DNA of 64,000 nt from a virus. The stretch's first letter is position 1; each line of letters opens with the position of its first letter. The position numbers and the translations under genes were made by a program. The notes beneath the pieces were generated by a model. That model was not told the DNA's origin. It worked only from the letters and a program-made list of their open reading frames with translations, and did not search any database. The stretch spans positions 2,177 through 66,176 of IMG/VR virus record IMGVR_UViG_3300037297_000388; one strand, 5' to 3'. Positions 8,646 through 17,646 of this stretch are shown here, one piece after another.

Positions 8646-9865
8646 GTAACGAAACGTTGATAAAGACGGTTACCGTAATCCGTCAAATCTATTTCAATTC
8701 GAGCATGAAAACAAGGCGCAAATATGCTGACTTCTTCACTGACCGGTTGAAGGCCGCATGCACTGAGCCGTCGTTGCTGGCCGCGGTAAACCGCCTGGGT
8801 GAGTCCGTCGACTGTTCTTTTGGATCATTGGATTCAACCACGGTGTCGGAGTTCATTCGTTGCGCAGGGGGCATCTCTTCCGCCGGCGTATTCGACTGGG
8901 TTCGGCAGTATCCGGCTATAATCACATCTCTATGTCTCCTGAAGAAGGACGATCTGGCCGAGACTGTCGCAACCATTGACATCTCCGAATCAAGAAGGTC
9001 AGGAACAGCGGTGAAGGCCCCAGCGGCGGAGATAGCCATAAACGTGAAGTGCCTTTCTCCCCTCGCCCACGGTGCTGATACCAAGTCTGGCAACTGTACT
9101 CTATTTCGTCGGATGCATGTGCTGAGCACTACCGGAGACACCCTATCTCTACCATTCTATGCTGGAAACGCAGTTCGTGGGCAAATGCGCGATTTGCTCG
9201 CCGATGATTTTATCCGGCGACTGGGGATGAGGCCAAGGCGTGACAATCCCCCTGTCTCTTTATGGTTCTTCCATGCGCTTTATGCCGGTGGTGCCCTTGA
9301 GGAGAACAGCGCGGCGGAGAAGGGACTGGGGAAGATCCTTGGGAAGAATGGCGCAGCTCGAGCGGAGGGATTCTATCAGGTTCGGAACACCCTTCCGCCG
9401 CTGTCTCTATTCGGTGCAGCCCTCGGGCGCCGGATTTTGAATGGTAGGTTTCAGTGTCACGATCTCCGCCCGGTATGTTATGAATGGGGCAACGGAGATG
9501 TACCGGTGGCGGATCTGTTTGAGTGGACATTTCTGACACGACGCGAAGATCATGAGGCTCACGATGACAATTCCAGCATGATCGCGAATACCGAAGTAAT
9601 GAAGGCCGGAGTAGATCTCACGGGCGGATTCAATATCGAATCCAACGCGACAGAGATTGAGCGCTCTGCATTGGGGCACGGGCTCGATCTTCTTGCAGCC
9701 AGGGGGATGCTCGGCGCCGAGAATCGACGAGGACTTGGCGCCGTAGAAATATCGGCGGAGAATGTCCCATCGCCGGTTACCTATCTTGATTTTATGGAGC
9801 AATCAAAGGCCGACATCCTGGCGTTTTTGTTGGAGATCGGGGCCATCAACGCTGAGGAAGCTTGA
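8642..9865 (+). CDS. csf2: Type IV Cas7 (Csf2) with N-terminal Cas11-like helical domain
   Basis: CLSPLAHGADTKSGNCTLFRR, LPFYAGNAVRGQMRDLLA, LYAGGAL, PPLSLFG, FLTRRED and Gly-rich GMLGAENRRGLG loop are Csf2-like; ~110-aa helical N-terminal extension. Confidence 0.9.
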   Translation: MSNETLIKTVTVIRQIYFNSSMKTRRKYADFFTDRLKAACTEPSLLAAVNRLGESVDCSFGSLDSTTVSEFIRCAGGISSAGVFDWVRQYPAIITSLCLLKKDDLAETVATIDISESRRSGTAVKAPAAEIAINVKCLSPLAHGADTKSGNCTLFRRMHVLSTTGDTLSLPFYAGNAVRGQMRDLLADDFIRRLGMRPRRDNPPVSLWFFHALYAGGALEENSAAEKGLGKILGKNGAARAEGFYQVRNTLPPLSLFGAALGRRILNGRFQCHDLRPVCYEWGNGDVPVADLFEWTFLTRREDHEAHDDNSSMIANTEVMKAGVDLTGGFNIESNATEIERSALGHGLDLLAARGMLGAENRRGLGAVEISAENVPSPVTYLDFMEQSKADILAFLLEIGAINAEEA

Positions 9866-10521
9866 TGCATCCGATTCAGTTGATAGCCCCGTGTATATCA
9901 GAAGAGGACTCGGGGTGCGATTTTGAGACGGTGGAGCATGTTTGCGCGGTCACTGGAGCGCGCGCCCCGTGTGTCCCTCGAAAGGCCCTTCTGAAGAAGG
10001 GATTCACCAACGAAGCGATTCTGAAGGCACCATTATCAGATTGGGTTTCGGTGGATGCCTATCGGGTACTTCGATTTCGTCCAGAGCGGTCCTGGTCATG
10101 GATCTGTGATGGAACGGATCTTGTCTTGCTCGACCGGATCGGCGTCAGGGAGATTGTGATTGAAGAGAAGTACCCTGCAGTCTGGTCTGGGTATGTGACG
10201 ACGAGCTACAAGAAGCACGGATCACTATGGGCTCGCGTCAACGCAAACGGAGTCCGGTTCTGGCGTTTCGAAGCTCTCGATGTTGACTGCTCCGACCATG
10301 GCTACCTAATGAGGGTATGGGAGCGGCTGAACGAGGAACTGAGACGCGGGTTCAGCCGGCCGACATTGGAGTCCCTTGCCTGTCCGCCTTTTTTTCTAAA
10401 AAAGGTGGGTGTGGACAAATGGCTTGAGCTCGAGCGGTGGGCTCGACCGATTGCCGCGTCTCCGCTCTATCGCTTTCTGTGCTATCTGCTTCCAAGTCAG
10501 AAGGAACTGGCCGATGAATGA
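9865..10521 (+). CDS. csf1: Type IV Csf1 (Cas8-like)
   Basis: CAVTG...KKGFTNEAILKAPLSDWVSVDAY...RSWSWIC resembles the Csf1 N-terminal pattern; coupled to csf2. Confidence 0.72.
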   Translation: MHPIQLIAPCISEEDSGCDFETVEHVCAVTGARAPCVPRKALLKKGFTNEAILKAPLSDWVSVDAYRVLRFRPERSWSWICDGTDLVLLDRIGVREIVIEEKYPAVWSGYVTTSYKKHGSLWARVNANGVRFWRFEALDVDCSDHGYLMRVWERLNEELRRGFSRPTLESLACPPFFLKKVGVDKWLELERWARPIAASPLYRFLCYLLPSQKELADE

Positions 10522-11263
10522 TACCCATATTCTCGGATGGCGGGTTCACGCAAAGACGAGAGCGTTCAAGCAGAAGGTTCGTGAGTCGATAGAAATTACT
10601 ACTGAGGCGCTTTTTGATTCCGATGTTAGGTTTTGCATCATGTGGAGCGGTGGGAAAGACTCTACGGCGATGACGCACATCGTGAAGTCGCTCCTTCCGA
10701 CCTGCCCTATTGTTTCCCAGTTTGATGACTGTGACTGGCCAGAGAAGTCGCCCTACATGGAAAGGGTGGCTGCAGAGCAGGGGTGGACCATCCATCGTGT
10801 GGAACCAGAATTTAGCGTGTGGGAAAGGACCAAGATGTTTCAGATTGGCGACGAGGACCTCTGTAAGAAATCCCACCCATTAACGAGGGAGGCCTTCCTC
10901 GATGTGCTCCATGAGGAACAGGAGAAACTTGGCTGCAGTGGTGCCTTTATTGGTCTACGCTCTCAGGAAAGCCCTGGCCGCCGAAAAAACTTCCAGGCGC
11001 GTGGGCACATATACCAGCTCAACAACGGAAAATGGCACTGTTGCCCGCTGAGCAGCTGGACATCACAGGACGTCTTCGCCTATCTTTCTGCTGTGGATAT
11101 TGAAATAAACCCATGCTATTTTAAAAACGCCATATGGGAACCGGAGGAGATCCGCCTTTCATGGGCATTGCCAACAATTTGGTGGAAGGGTCAGGATATT
11201 GAACATTTACGACGTTACTATCCAGAACAATTTCGCAGACTAAGAGAAAGGGGAACACAATGA
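10514..11263 (+). CDS. cysH: CysH-like PAPS-reductase-family protein (type IV-B associated)
   Basis: WSGGKDSTAM PP-loop, FIGLRSQESPGR, CPLSSWTSQDVFAY. Confidence 0.88.
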   Translation: MNDTHILGWRVHAKTRAFKQKVRESIEITTEALFDSDVRFCIMWSGGKDSTAMTHIVKSLLPTCPIVSQFDDCDWPEKSPYMERVAAEQGWTIHRVEPEFSVWERTKMFQIGDEDLCKKSHPLTREAFLDVLHEEQEKLGCSGAFIGLRSQESPGRRKNFQARGHIYQLNNGKWHCCPLSSWTSQDVFAYLSAVDIEINPCYFKNAIWEPEEIRLSWALPTIWWKGQDIEHLRRYYPEQFRRLRERGTQ

Positions 11264-11841
11264 GTAACACCGTGAGCAACACAGTATTGATTGGGGAGCT
11301 TACTTTGGAGCGCGCAAAAATGGTACTACAGGGAAAGAAGGCTGATATTGTCTACTCAGACCCACCCTGGGGACCTGGTAATCTCCGCTACTGGAGGACG
11401 ATGAACAATGAAGGAAATGAAGTCAACTGGAAAAAATTTCTTCATTTATTCTGCCAGGTGGTGAAGGATAGCACAAATCCGACATCGGAGATTTTCGTTG
11501 AGATGGGGACCCGCTGGATCGACGAGTTGGCGGCTGAGATGGCGTCCGTCGGTATTCAGGAGACGCAGCGGTTTGAGTGTTCATATCGGGGGGGCGCGAA
11601 GAGGTATCGAAACTTTCTATGGCACGCGGGGACACATATAGTACCAACTGAACTCAATGGTGGGGTGAAGATGACGATGGGGATTCTTTCCGCCGTTGCG
11701 AAAGATGGTGCCATCGTTTTTGATCCATGCTGTGGCAAGGGAATGAGCGCAAAATGCGCAATTAAAAACAATATGAAATTTGTAGGAATTGAACTAAATG
11801 CCAAACGCGCGGCGATGACGCAGAAAATATTAACCAAATGA
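11260..11841 (+). CDS. Small N6A/N4C-type methyltransferase
   Basis: YSDPPW (motif IV) followed by VFDPCCGKG (motif I) and GIELN. Confidence 0.8.
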   Translation: MSNTVSNTVLIGELTLERAKMVLQGKKADIVYSDPPWGPGNLRYWRTMNNEGNEVNWKKFLHLFCQVVKDSTNPTSEIFVEMGTRWIDELAAEMASVGIQETQRFECSYRGGAKRYRNFLWHAGTHIVPTELNGGVKMTMGILSAVAKDGAIVFDPCCGKGMSAKCAIKNNMKFVGIELNAKRAAMTQKILTK

Positions 11842-12167
11842 GGCTTGAGGAGGTAGTTCGGGAGGCCAGAAAAGAATATCAATCAAGTTTGAAGCCCAAA
11901 ACTGCGCCGACTCCAATATATTACAGTGGAAAGATTGTTGGAGTTTATCATCCTCACAGTTGTAAATATGGGCGTCGAATTGGGCCAATTTTTGTGCTTC
12001 CAGAATACCGCGGACGCGGGATTGCCCTTGGTATATATAACAGTATCAGCGGAGAACTTGTTGCATGTGTAAGAGACGATAATATTGCTGGTATCCGACT
12101 TCATGAGGCGGCTGGGTTTATACGGTTCCGTCGATATCAATACGGATGGTGGATGGTTAGAAAATGA
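11838..12167 (+). CDS. GNAT-family acetyltransferase
   Basis: IFVLPEYRGRGIA acetyl-CoA motif; NIAGIRLHEAAGF. Confidence 0.8.
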   Translation: MRLEEVVREARKEYQSSLKPKTAPTPIYYSGKIVGVYHPHSCKYGRRIGPIFVLPEYRGRGIALGIYNSISGELVACVRDDNIAGIRLHEAAGFIRFRRYQYGWWMVRK

Positions 12168-13024
12168 TTTTCCTTGGCGTTTCAATTGAAGAGAAAATTG
12201 ACGGTGTTAGAAGATACTGCACAAGACACAAAATAAAAAAAACGTTTATGATTTCTCCAGAGAAGTTCGTTTTTCAACCAGATGATGCCGAAACAATAGA
12301 ATACAGTGACGCCATAAAATACAAATACTACTACCGCCTCCTGCAAGAGATTGACCACAACACTCTGATTGTAATCAACGAGTGTCTCCGCACCCAAAAT
12401 AGATACGACCTGACATACAACTGCATCCGCAATTACCTGAATCAAACACATCACCAGATCATCTTTCAAAACCTTCCACTCATCGATACTTTTAATGACT
12501 TCATGATCCTATTTGATTTCGACACGAGGAGCCGCTGGAAACGTGAATCGTTCCGACGTGAGTTGCTGGCTGAGTGCAAAATAGTAAACCGAATCCGACC
12601 GATCACAATTTCACCGATAATAACCAAGGCGAACACTCAGACGCATGCGATCTATCAGAAGAAAAAAAGGAAACTCATTGATGAAATAGGGCTGAAGGAT
12701 CCCCATACTATACCGCGTAACCTCTATCTAATCGGTGGGAAAACCCGCCAGAGGTTGGTCCGCGCCGACGTGAACTATGTTGGGAGGAATAACCGGTTGA
12801 AGATTCCGACGTTGAAAACCTATCGAGAGAAGTTATTTCCACCGGATAACACTGTCTTTGAACTTCCCCATAATTTCATAGACTTCTCTGATTTTATAAC
12901 GCTGTCTGGCCAGGTCGACTTCGAAGTACTGGTGACAGACCTCAAGGTGGATCAGTGGTATCTGGATAGGTACCAAAAGTGGGCAGAGAGGATTGAAAAT
13001 GCTCGTTCAGTCCTACAGCAATAA
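12164..13024 (+). CDS. Hypothetical protein, possibly a degenerate SF2/RecA-like fold
   Basis: TLIVINEC resembles a degenerate Walker B; no Walker A seen; coupled on both sides. Confidence 0.6.
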   Translation: MIFLGVSIEEKIDGVRRYCTRHKIKKTFMISPEKFVFQPDDAETIEYSDAIKYKYYYRLLQEIDHNTLIVINECLRTQNRYDLTYNCIRNYLNQTHHQIIFQNLPLIDTFNDFMILFDFDTRSRWKRESFRRELLAECKIVNRIRPITISPIITKANTQTHAIYQKKKRKLIDEIGLKDPHTIPRNLYLIGGKTRQRLVRADVNYVGRNNRLKIPTLKTYREKLFPPDNTVFELPHNFIDFSDFITLSGQVDFEVLVTDLKVDQWYLDRYQKWAERIENARSVLQQ

Positions 13025-14126
13025 GACCGTCCTTGATGCCGCCCGGGAGCGGATGGCTTTCATCTTTGATGAATTCGAGACCATCATCGTGTCCATCAGC
13101 GGTGGAAAAGACTCAACAGTGTTGGCTTATCTGGCCCTCCATGAGGCGTCCTCGAGGGGGAGAAAAGTTGGGCTTTATTTTCTAGACGAAGAGGTGGTGT
13201 ACCAGAGCACAGTTGATCAGGTCGACTACCTGATGGACCTCTTTCCGGACACCGTGACGAAGATCTGGTTTCAGATTGAGTGTTGCCTCACGAACTCCAC
13301 GTCTGTGTCTGAGGGACAGCTCATCTGTTGGGAGGCAGGCAAGCACGAGATCTGGATGCGTCACAAAAAGCCGTTCGCCATTCAGCACCGAATGTGGCCA
13401 GCGGAAGAACAGACGGTTCGCGACAAAAACAAAGGGTTTGGGTTCTACGATGTCATCGACAACTTCGAGCGGTGCTACCACAGCGCCGCATTTTTGGTAG
13501 GGCTGAGGGCCGCGGGGGAGTCCCCAAACAGGTGGCGCGCAGTGGTCAAGAACCCCGTTCTGATCGGCGGGAAGAAGGTATATTGGGGCACGAAGAAGGG
13601 CAACAACGTGGCCCTTTATCCACTGTATGACTGGAATTTCCATGATGTCTGGAAGTATATCCATGACGCCGGCATCCGGTACTCGAAGATCTATGATATG
13701 CAGTTCAAGAAGGGCTATCCAATCACCCAAATGAGGGTGTCCTCGCTGATCCATGAACGGGCTTTCAAGAGCATCTGTGATCTTCCAGAGTTTGAGCCGA
13801 AGACCTTTGACCAACTGAGCAAACGCATCAAGGGCATCTCACTTGCTCAGGAAACTGGAAAGAACGCAAAGCTGTTTGCATGCAGAAAGCTCCCAAAGAA
13901 TTTCAAGTCATGGATCACCTACCGTGATTTTCTCATTTCCACCCATCAGGATCAGGAGAGACTTTCGATATTTCAAAAACGCTTCAGGAAGCACCTAAAC
14001 AACGAATATGTGGCGAGGCAGCAATGCCGGCAGCTTATTTTAAACGATTATGAAAACAACCTCCCCGTGGACAATAAACCAGACCCACGGGAAGATCTCA
14101 TCAAATACTACGACGAGGTTTTGTGA
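12999..14126 (+). CDS. ibrA: IbrA/YbdN-like PAPS-reductase-family protein (DUF3440-type C-terminus)
   Basis: TVLDAARERMAFIFDEF, SISGGKDSTVL, FLDEE, VGLRAAGESPNR, YPLYDWNFHDVWKY, MRVSSLIHE. Confidence 0.85.
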   Translation: MLVQSYSNKTVLDAARERMAFIFDEFETIIVSISGGKDSTVLAYLALHEASSRGRKVGLYFLDEEVVYQSTVDQVDYLMDLFPDTVTKIWFQIECCLTNSTSVSEGQLICWEAGKHEIWMRHKKPFAIQHRMWPAEEQTVRDKNKGFGFYDVIDNFERCYHSAAFLVGLRAAGESPNRWRAVVKNPVLIGGKKVYWGTKKGNNVALYPLYDWNFHDVWKYIHDAGIRYSKIYDMQFKKGYPITQMRVSSLIHERAFKSICDLPEFEPKTFDQLSKRIKGISLAQETGKNAKLFACRKLPKNFKSWITYRDFLISTHQDQERLSIFQKRFRKHLNNEYVARQQCRQLILNDYENNLPVDNKPDPREDLIKYYDEVL

Positions 14127-14728
14127 TGGTACATCGCGTCGACACAATAGAGCAGTTTCTCGAGATTAGAGACAAGTTGGAGCACGTCTACATCAACTCG
14201 AAGACGCGAGGTAAAGTACTCGTCCCGTGTTGCAACACGATTCTGGCCTCGACAAAACTCATCATAGAAAATCAGTATAACCCAAACCACGTACCAGCCG
14301 AGAAGATGGCGCTATTGAGTCAGTCGATTCTCGACAACGGATTTTGTTTCCCAGTGGTGGTGATCTACGATGATGAGTCCGAGCTCTTTGTCGTGATAGA
14401 TGGCTTTCATCGGACGATTATCGGCGGGGATGGCTGGTTGGAGTTCGACTACATCCCGCTGGTGGTACTTGACCATGACATCAAGAAGAGAATGGCGGCA
14501 ACGGTGCAGTTCAATAAGGCCCGCGGTGTTCACCAAGTAGATCTTGATGCGGATGTCATCCGGGCGCTCATCGAACAAGGGATGTCCGAGGATGAAATCT
14601 GCGCCCACCTTGGGATCGATGAGGATACGGTCCATCGATACAAGCAGCTCACCGGGATTGCTGAGCTCTTCAAGAACGCGGACTATTCCATGAGCTGGGA
14701 GATGAAGGATGTGAAGGATGGCTCTTAG
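14126..14728 (+). CDS. ibrB: IbrB/YbdM-like ParB/Srx-domain protein
   Basis: NQYNPNHV, SILDNGFCFPVV, VIDGFHR, ATVQFNKARGVH, C-terminal HTH. Confidence 0.88.
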   Translation: MVHRVDTIEQFLEIRDKLEHVYINSKTRGKVLVPCCNTILASTKLIIENQYNPNHVPAEKMALLSQSILDNGFCFPVVVIYDDESELFVVIDGFHRTIIGGDGWLEFDYIPLVVLDHDIKKRMAATVQFNKARGVHQVDLDADVIRALIEQGMSEDEICAHLGIDEDTVHRYKQLTGIAELFKNADYSMSWEMKDVKDGS

Positions 14729-15380
14729 ACCACTTAAAATAACTTTCCACATGGATGGCACTGGTGCCTTCTACGACCCGTCCGAACCAATGCACCTGGA
14801 TGGACTATTGGCGTGGGCGTTGTGTTTATACCAGACGTCAGGGGAGCCACCGGCGGCCGATGAAAAGCCGTTTGAACCACGGCTGCCACTCGGAAAATGG
14901 CATATTGGGGGCCAATGGGGCTGGACCGCCAGCGCCATCCTACCGGTGGGGGATAAACAGTGGGGGATGCAGCGCTTCATCAAGCGTTTTCGTGAGAATC
15001 GAATTGAGATCACAAAGGGATCACCGAATATGCAGATGAGCACCTATCGGAAATACTGTGTACCGATGCCGCTGGTGCTTTCTCATCAATTTGTAGCCTA
15101 TGCCCTGGGCCCAAGGGGCCGCGTTCACCAGATCCTGAAGAAAAACATCAAATTTCTCGGCAGAAAACGGGCCGCTGGCAAAGGTCGGATCGTGGACATT
15201 ACCACCGAAGAGATAGCCGATGATTTCTCACTTGTGAAGGATGGCCGAGCGAATCGGTATCTTCCAAAAGATGGAGCTCAGAGGCAAGTCAGAACACGCC
15301 CGCCCTACTGGAATATGTGGGGGCGCGTTCCTTGCTGTGAGGTGGGAGAGGCGTATCAACTGGATACAATTAATGGTTGA
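14718..15380 (+). CDS. csf3: Type IV Cas5 (Csf3)
   Basis: PLKITF, HLDGLLAWA, LPL..W...WGWTAS, FLGRKRAAGKGRI Gly loop, RPPYW. Confidence 0.88.
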   Translation: MALRPLKITFHMDGTGAFYDPSEPMHLDGLLAWALCLYQTSGEPPAADEKPFEPRLPLGKWHIGGQWGWTASAILPVGDKQWGMQRFIKRFRENRIEITKGSPNMQMSTYRKYCVPMPLVLSHQFVAYALGPRGRVHQILKKNIKFLGRKRAAGKGRIVDITTEEIADDFSLVKDGRANRYLPKDGAQRQVRTRPPYWNMWGRVPCCEVGEAYQLDTING

Positions 15381-15401
15381 GGGCGTCGGCGTGGATATGG
15401 C

Positions 15402-15435
15402 CATCACCATGGCCGCGATGATCGCGATGGTGGTG
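15402..15435. terminator. Hairpin between convergent transcription units
   Basis: CATCACCAT/ATGGTGGTG and CGCGAT/ATCGCG stems; no clear U-tract. Confidence 0.4.
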
Positions 15436-15439
15436 AGGT

Positions 15440-15850
15440 TCATTTACCCCTTGAAATTAAATTTTCAAGGTGGGCGTTGCCAGCCCAGAACTCGGAGACG
15501 ACGAGGTCGATCGAGAATGCGATGTGCTCTGATGTCGAGACCTGCTTGGCGAGCTCGAGCCATCGGTCTTGGGTGATGTCCCATTTCTCGGCGTACTCTG
15601 GCCCGTCCGCCATTGAGGCGCCGTGCCAGGTGGGGGACTGGACGAGCAGCCACGAGCCGTTCAGGACATCGCAGGCGGCCAATATCTCATTGGGTGTCCA
15701 CCCGGCCGCCTGCAGGGTAGACAGGGACTGGGTGGCCCGCTGGAACCTTTCACGGACTGCATGCTCGATGTAGTCGGAGATGTTGCCGACGCGATCGAGC
15801 AGATTTATGACATCAGGGGCGAGGGTAAGTTGTTTTTTGATTTTCTTCAT
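15440..15850 (-). CDS. Hypothetical protein with possible N-terminal ribbon-helix-helix
   Basis: KKQLTLAPDVINLLDRVGNISDYIEHAV; AAAGGAGA RBS. Confidence 0.6.
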   Translation of the reverse strand: MKKIKKQLTLAPDVINLLDRVGNISDYIEHAVRERFQRATQSLSTLQAAGWTPNEILAACDVLNGSWLLVQSPTWHGASMADGPEYAEKWDITQDRWLELAKQVSTSEHIAFSIDLVVSEFWAGNAHLENLISRGK

Positions 15851-15866
15851 AGTTCTCCTTTGCGCA

Positions 15867-16079
15867 TCAGCGGTTTAATTGATCCGCGTGCTCTTGCGCC
15901 TCACGATGGGACGCGAATGAACCGGACACATTTTTATAAGAATCATAAATTCCTTCATATTCTTCTTCGACGCCCCAATGCCTGGGGGCATCCATAACCA
16001 CGGCCCACCATGCGATTGGTTTTTCTAATGGAAGTTCATCCATCATTCTGTCTATTTCCGTGAAGATATCCATTTTCAT
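15867..16079 (-). CDS. Small acidic hypothetical protein
   Basis: 70 aa, preceded by the repeated ACAACAAAGGAGA cassette. Confidence 0.65.
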   Translation of the reverse strand: MKMDIFTEIDRMMDELPLEKPIAWWAVVMDAPRHWGVEEEYEGIYDSYKNVSGSFASHREAQEHADQLNR

Positions 16080-16082
16080 TTC

Positions 16083-16148
16083 TCCTTTGTTGTGGCCGAT
16101 TGGCCGATGGGGTCAATCAGGTTGATGAGCCCGTTGGGGGTCAATCAG
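16083..16148 (-). repeat. Intergenic cassette repeat (two GATTGACCCC units plus GGCCAATCGGCCACAACAAAGGAGA)
   Basis: Matches 19311-19348, 21046-21105 and partly 21414-21434. Confidence 0.85.
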
Positions 16149-16237
16149 GTTATGGTTTAGTTTAATTTCCCGCAAAATACCTCGCCCTCTTGGGCTAGAT
16201 AAGCCTTTTTCTCTCCCCTGGCATCTCTCCGCCAGAA

Positions 16238-16615
16238 TTACCCGACAAAATCACCGTTACCCGCATTATACGGAGGCTCTTCTGACTGCGAGTCAATGAG
16301 GTCCCAATGCAATTTGCAATGTTGCTTCTCCGAGAAAAACTGCCACGGAATCCCGTGGCGGCGACCGATAACGACCACAGACCGGTCCAATATGGAGTTT
16401 CTGATTTCGAGGAGGTTTCCACCGCTGGTCACCCATCGAAACGTTGTGCCCTCATGATTCTCTGAGTACCCGCACGGATAGGACCGACCGTCATACGCCA
16501 CTATCCTGGACGCACCACACGGGGTACCGTAATAGGATTCGTGCTCTTCGATCATTGTTTCACGAATTCTATCGACTGAGACTGAACAACTGCCAAATTC
16601 TGCTCTGGCTATCAT
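16238..16615 (-). CDS. Hypothetical protein
   Basis: GGAGG RBS before ATG at 16615. Confidence 0.55.
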   Translation of the reverse strand: MIARAEFGSCSVSVDRIRETMIEEHESYYGTPCGASRIVAYDGRSYPCGYSENHEGTTFRWVTSGGNLLEIRNSILDRSVVVIGRRHGIPWQFFSEKQHCKLHWDLIDSQSEEPPYNAGNGDFVG

Positions 16616-16629
16616 CTTGTCCTCCTTTG

Positions 16630-16851
16630 TTATTCCGAAACCATTGCCCAGGCGAAGTATTTTTTCCAGGCGGCGTCCCTTACGGACGCCCATTCTTTGT
16701 TATTTTTGGGGGTCTCCCCGAGTCCGAGCCCGCTGATGAGTATCCGGCCACGAGCTCGTCTCAGGAAATGCTGATGCCGGGACAGATTTCTAGGGTGGTT
16801 GTCTGCGATCGGCGCTCCATTCGCACCGATCTCTGTTTTCTCTATGTTCAC
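16630..16851 (-). pseudogene. Internally deleted, truncated copy of the 17647-18456 gene
   Basis: VNIEKTEIGA joined directly to NGAPIADNHP...GLGLGET; 41 codons absent; unrelated C-terminus. Confidence 0.75.
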
Positions 16852-17381
16852 GGGTGCACCTCCCACGCGCGGACGATCCACGCGAGGTACTTCTCTAGGG
16901 CCTTTTCCTCCTCCTCCGCCGCCCACGCCGCCCACGCCGCCGCTCTCGCCGCCGCCGCCGCCGCCTCCTCCGCCGCCTCCTCCGCCACCCACGCTGCCGC
17001 CGCCTCCGCCGCCAGCCAGGCCGCCGTGCTCGTCGCCCTCGCCGCCCACGTCGCCCTCGCCGCCCTCGCCGCCCACGCCGCCGCCTTACGGCTGTCGGTG
17101 TTACCGGTCATGAGATACCAGTAACAGGTATCTGGGCAGTCCCATTTGTTGGCAACATCAAGAGCGATCAATCGGGAAACGCGATTCGCAGTATGCGGAG
17201 ATGTCCTGTAAAGCAACCGCGATAGAATCCACAATCGGTCATTGATCGGGATGTCTAAATCGGCAATCTCTTGAGATGTGACCTGTTCTCGACCGGCCGC
17301 CAATTCGGTTAATCGCTCAAGCGGATAATTATTTTCGCAGGGCTCTTCTGTGAGTATGTCTTCCATTGTATATGTTTTCAT
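16848..17381 (-). CDS. Ala/Trp-repeat phage protein, paralog A
   Basis: MKTYTMEDIL...AAWAARAARA...WIVRAWEVHP. Confidence 0.8.
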   Translation of the reverse strand: MKTYTMEDILTEEPCENNYPLERLTELAAGREQVTSQEIADLDIPINDRLWILSRLLYRTSPHTANRVSRLIALDVANKWDCPDTCYWYLMTGNTDSRKAAAWAARAARATWAARATSTAAWLAAEAAAAWVAEEAAEEAAAAAARAAAWAAWAAEEEEKALEKYLAWIVRAWEVHP

Positions 17382-17531
17382 TTTAACCTCCTATGACGAT
17401 TTCCGTCACGTCGACGGCAACTACAGTTATCAGGCAGTAAAATCTCTGGGTCGCTCATTAATTGATTTACATATTCTTTGATTCTCATTTCCATCTCCTT
17501 TGTTACGCGCTCAATTGCGCTTACAATTATC

Positions 17532-17559
17532 AGTATAATCGCACTGCCAAAGGTGTCAA
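17532..17559 (-). promoter_or_regulatory. Sigma70-like promoter
   Basis: TTGACA-16-TATACT on the minus strand. Confidence 0.7.
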
Positions 17560-17646
17560 GAAAAATCGCCATTTTATTTCATTATTTTTTAAGTTATTAA
17601 TTTTATTGATGCTATGACGACAAAATGATTTTTAGATGAGCGTAGT

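Noticed and set aside
15228-15443. Antisense hydrophobic ORF overlapping the csf3 3' end
   Set aside because: Coincides with the hairpin and overlaps a better-supported gene; no independent support
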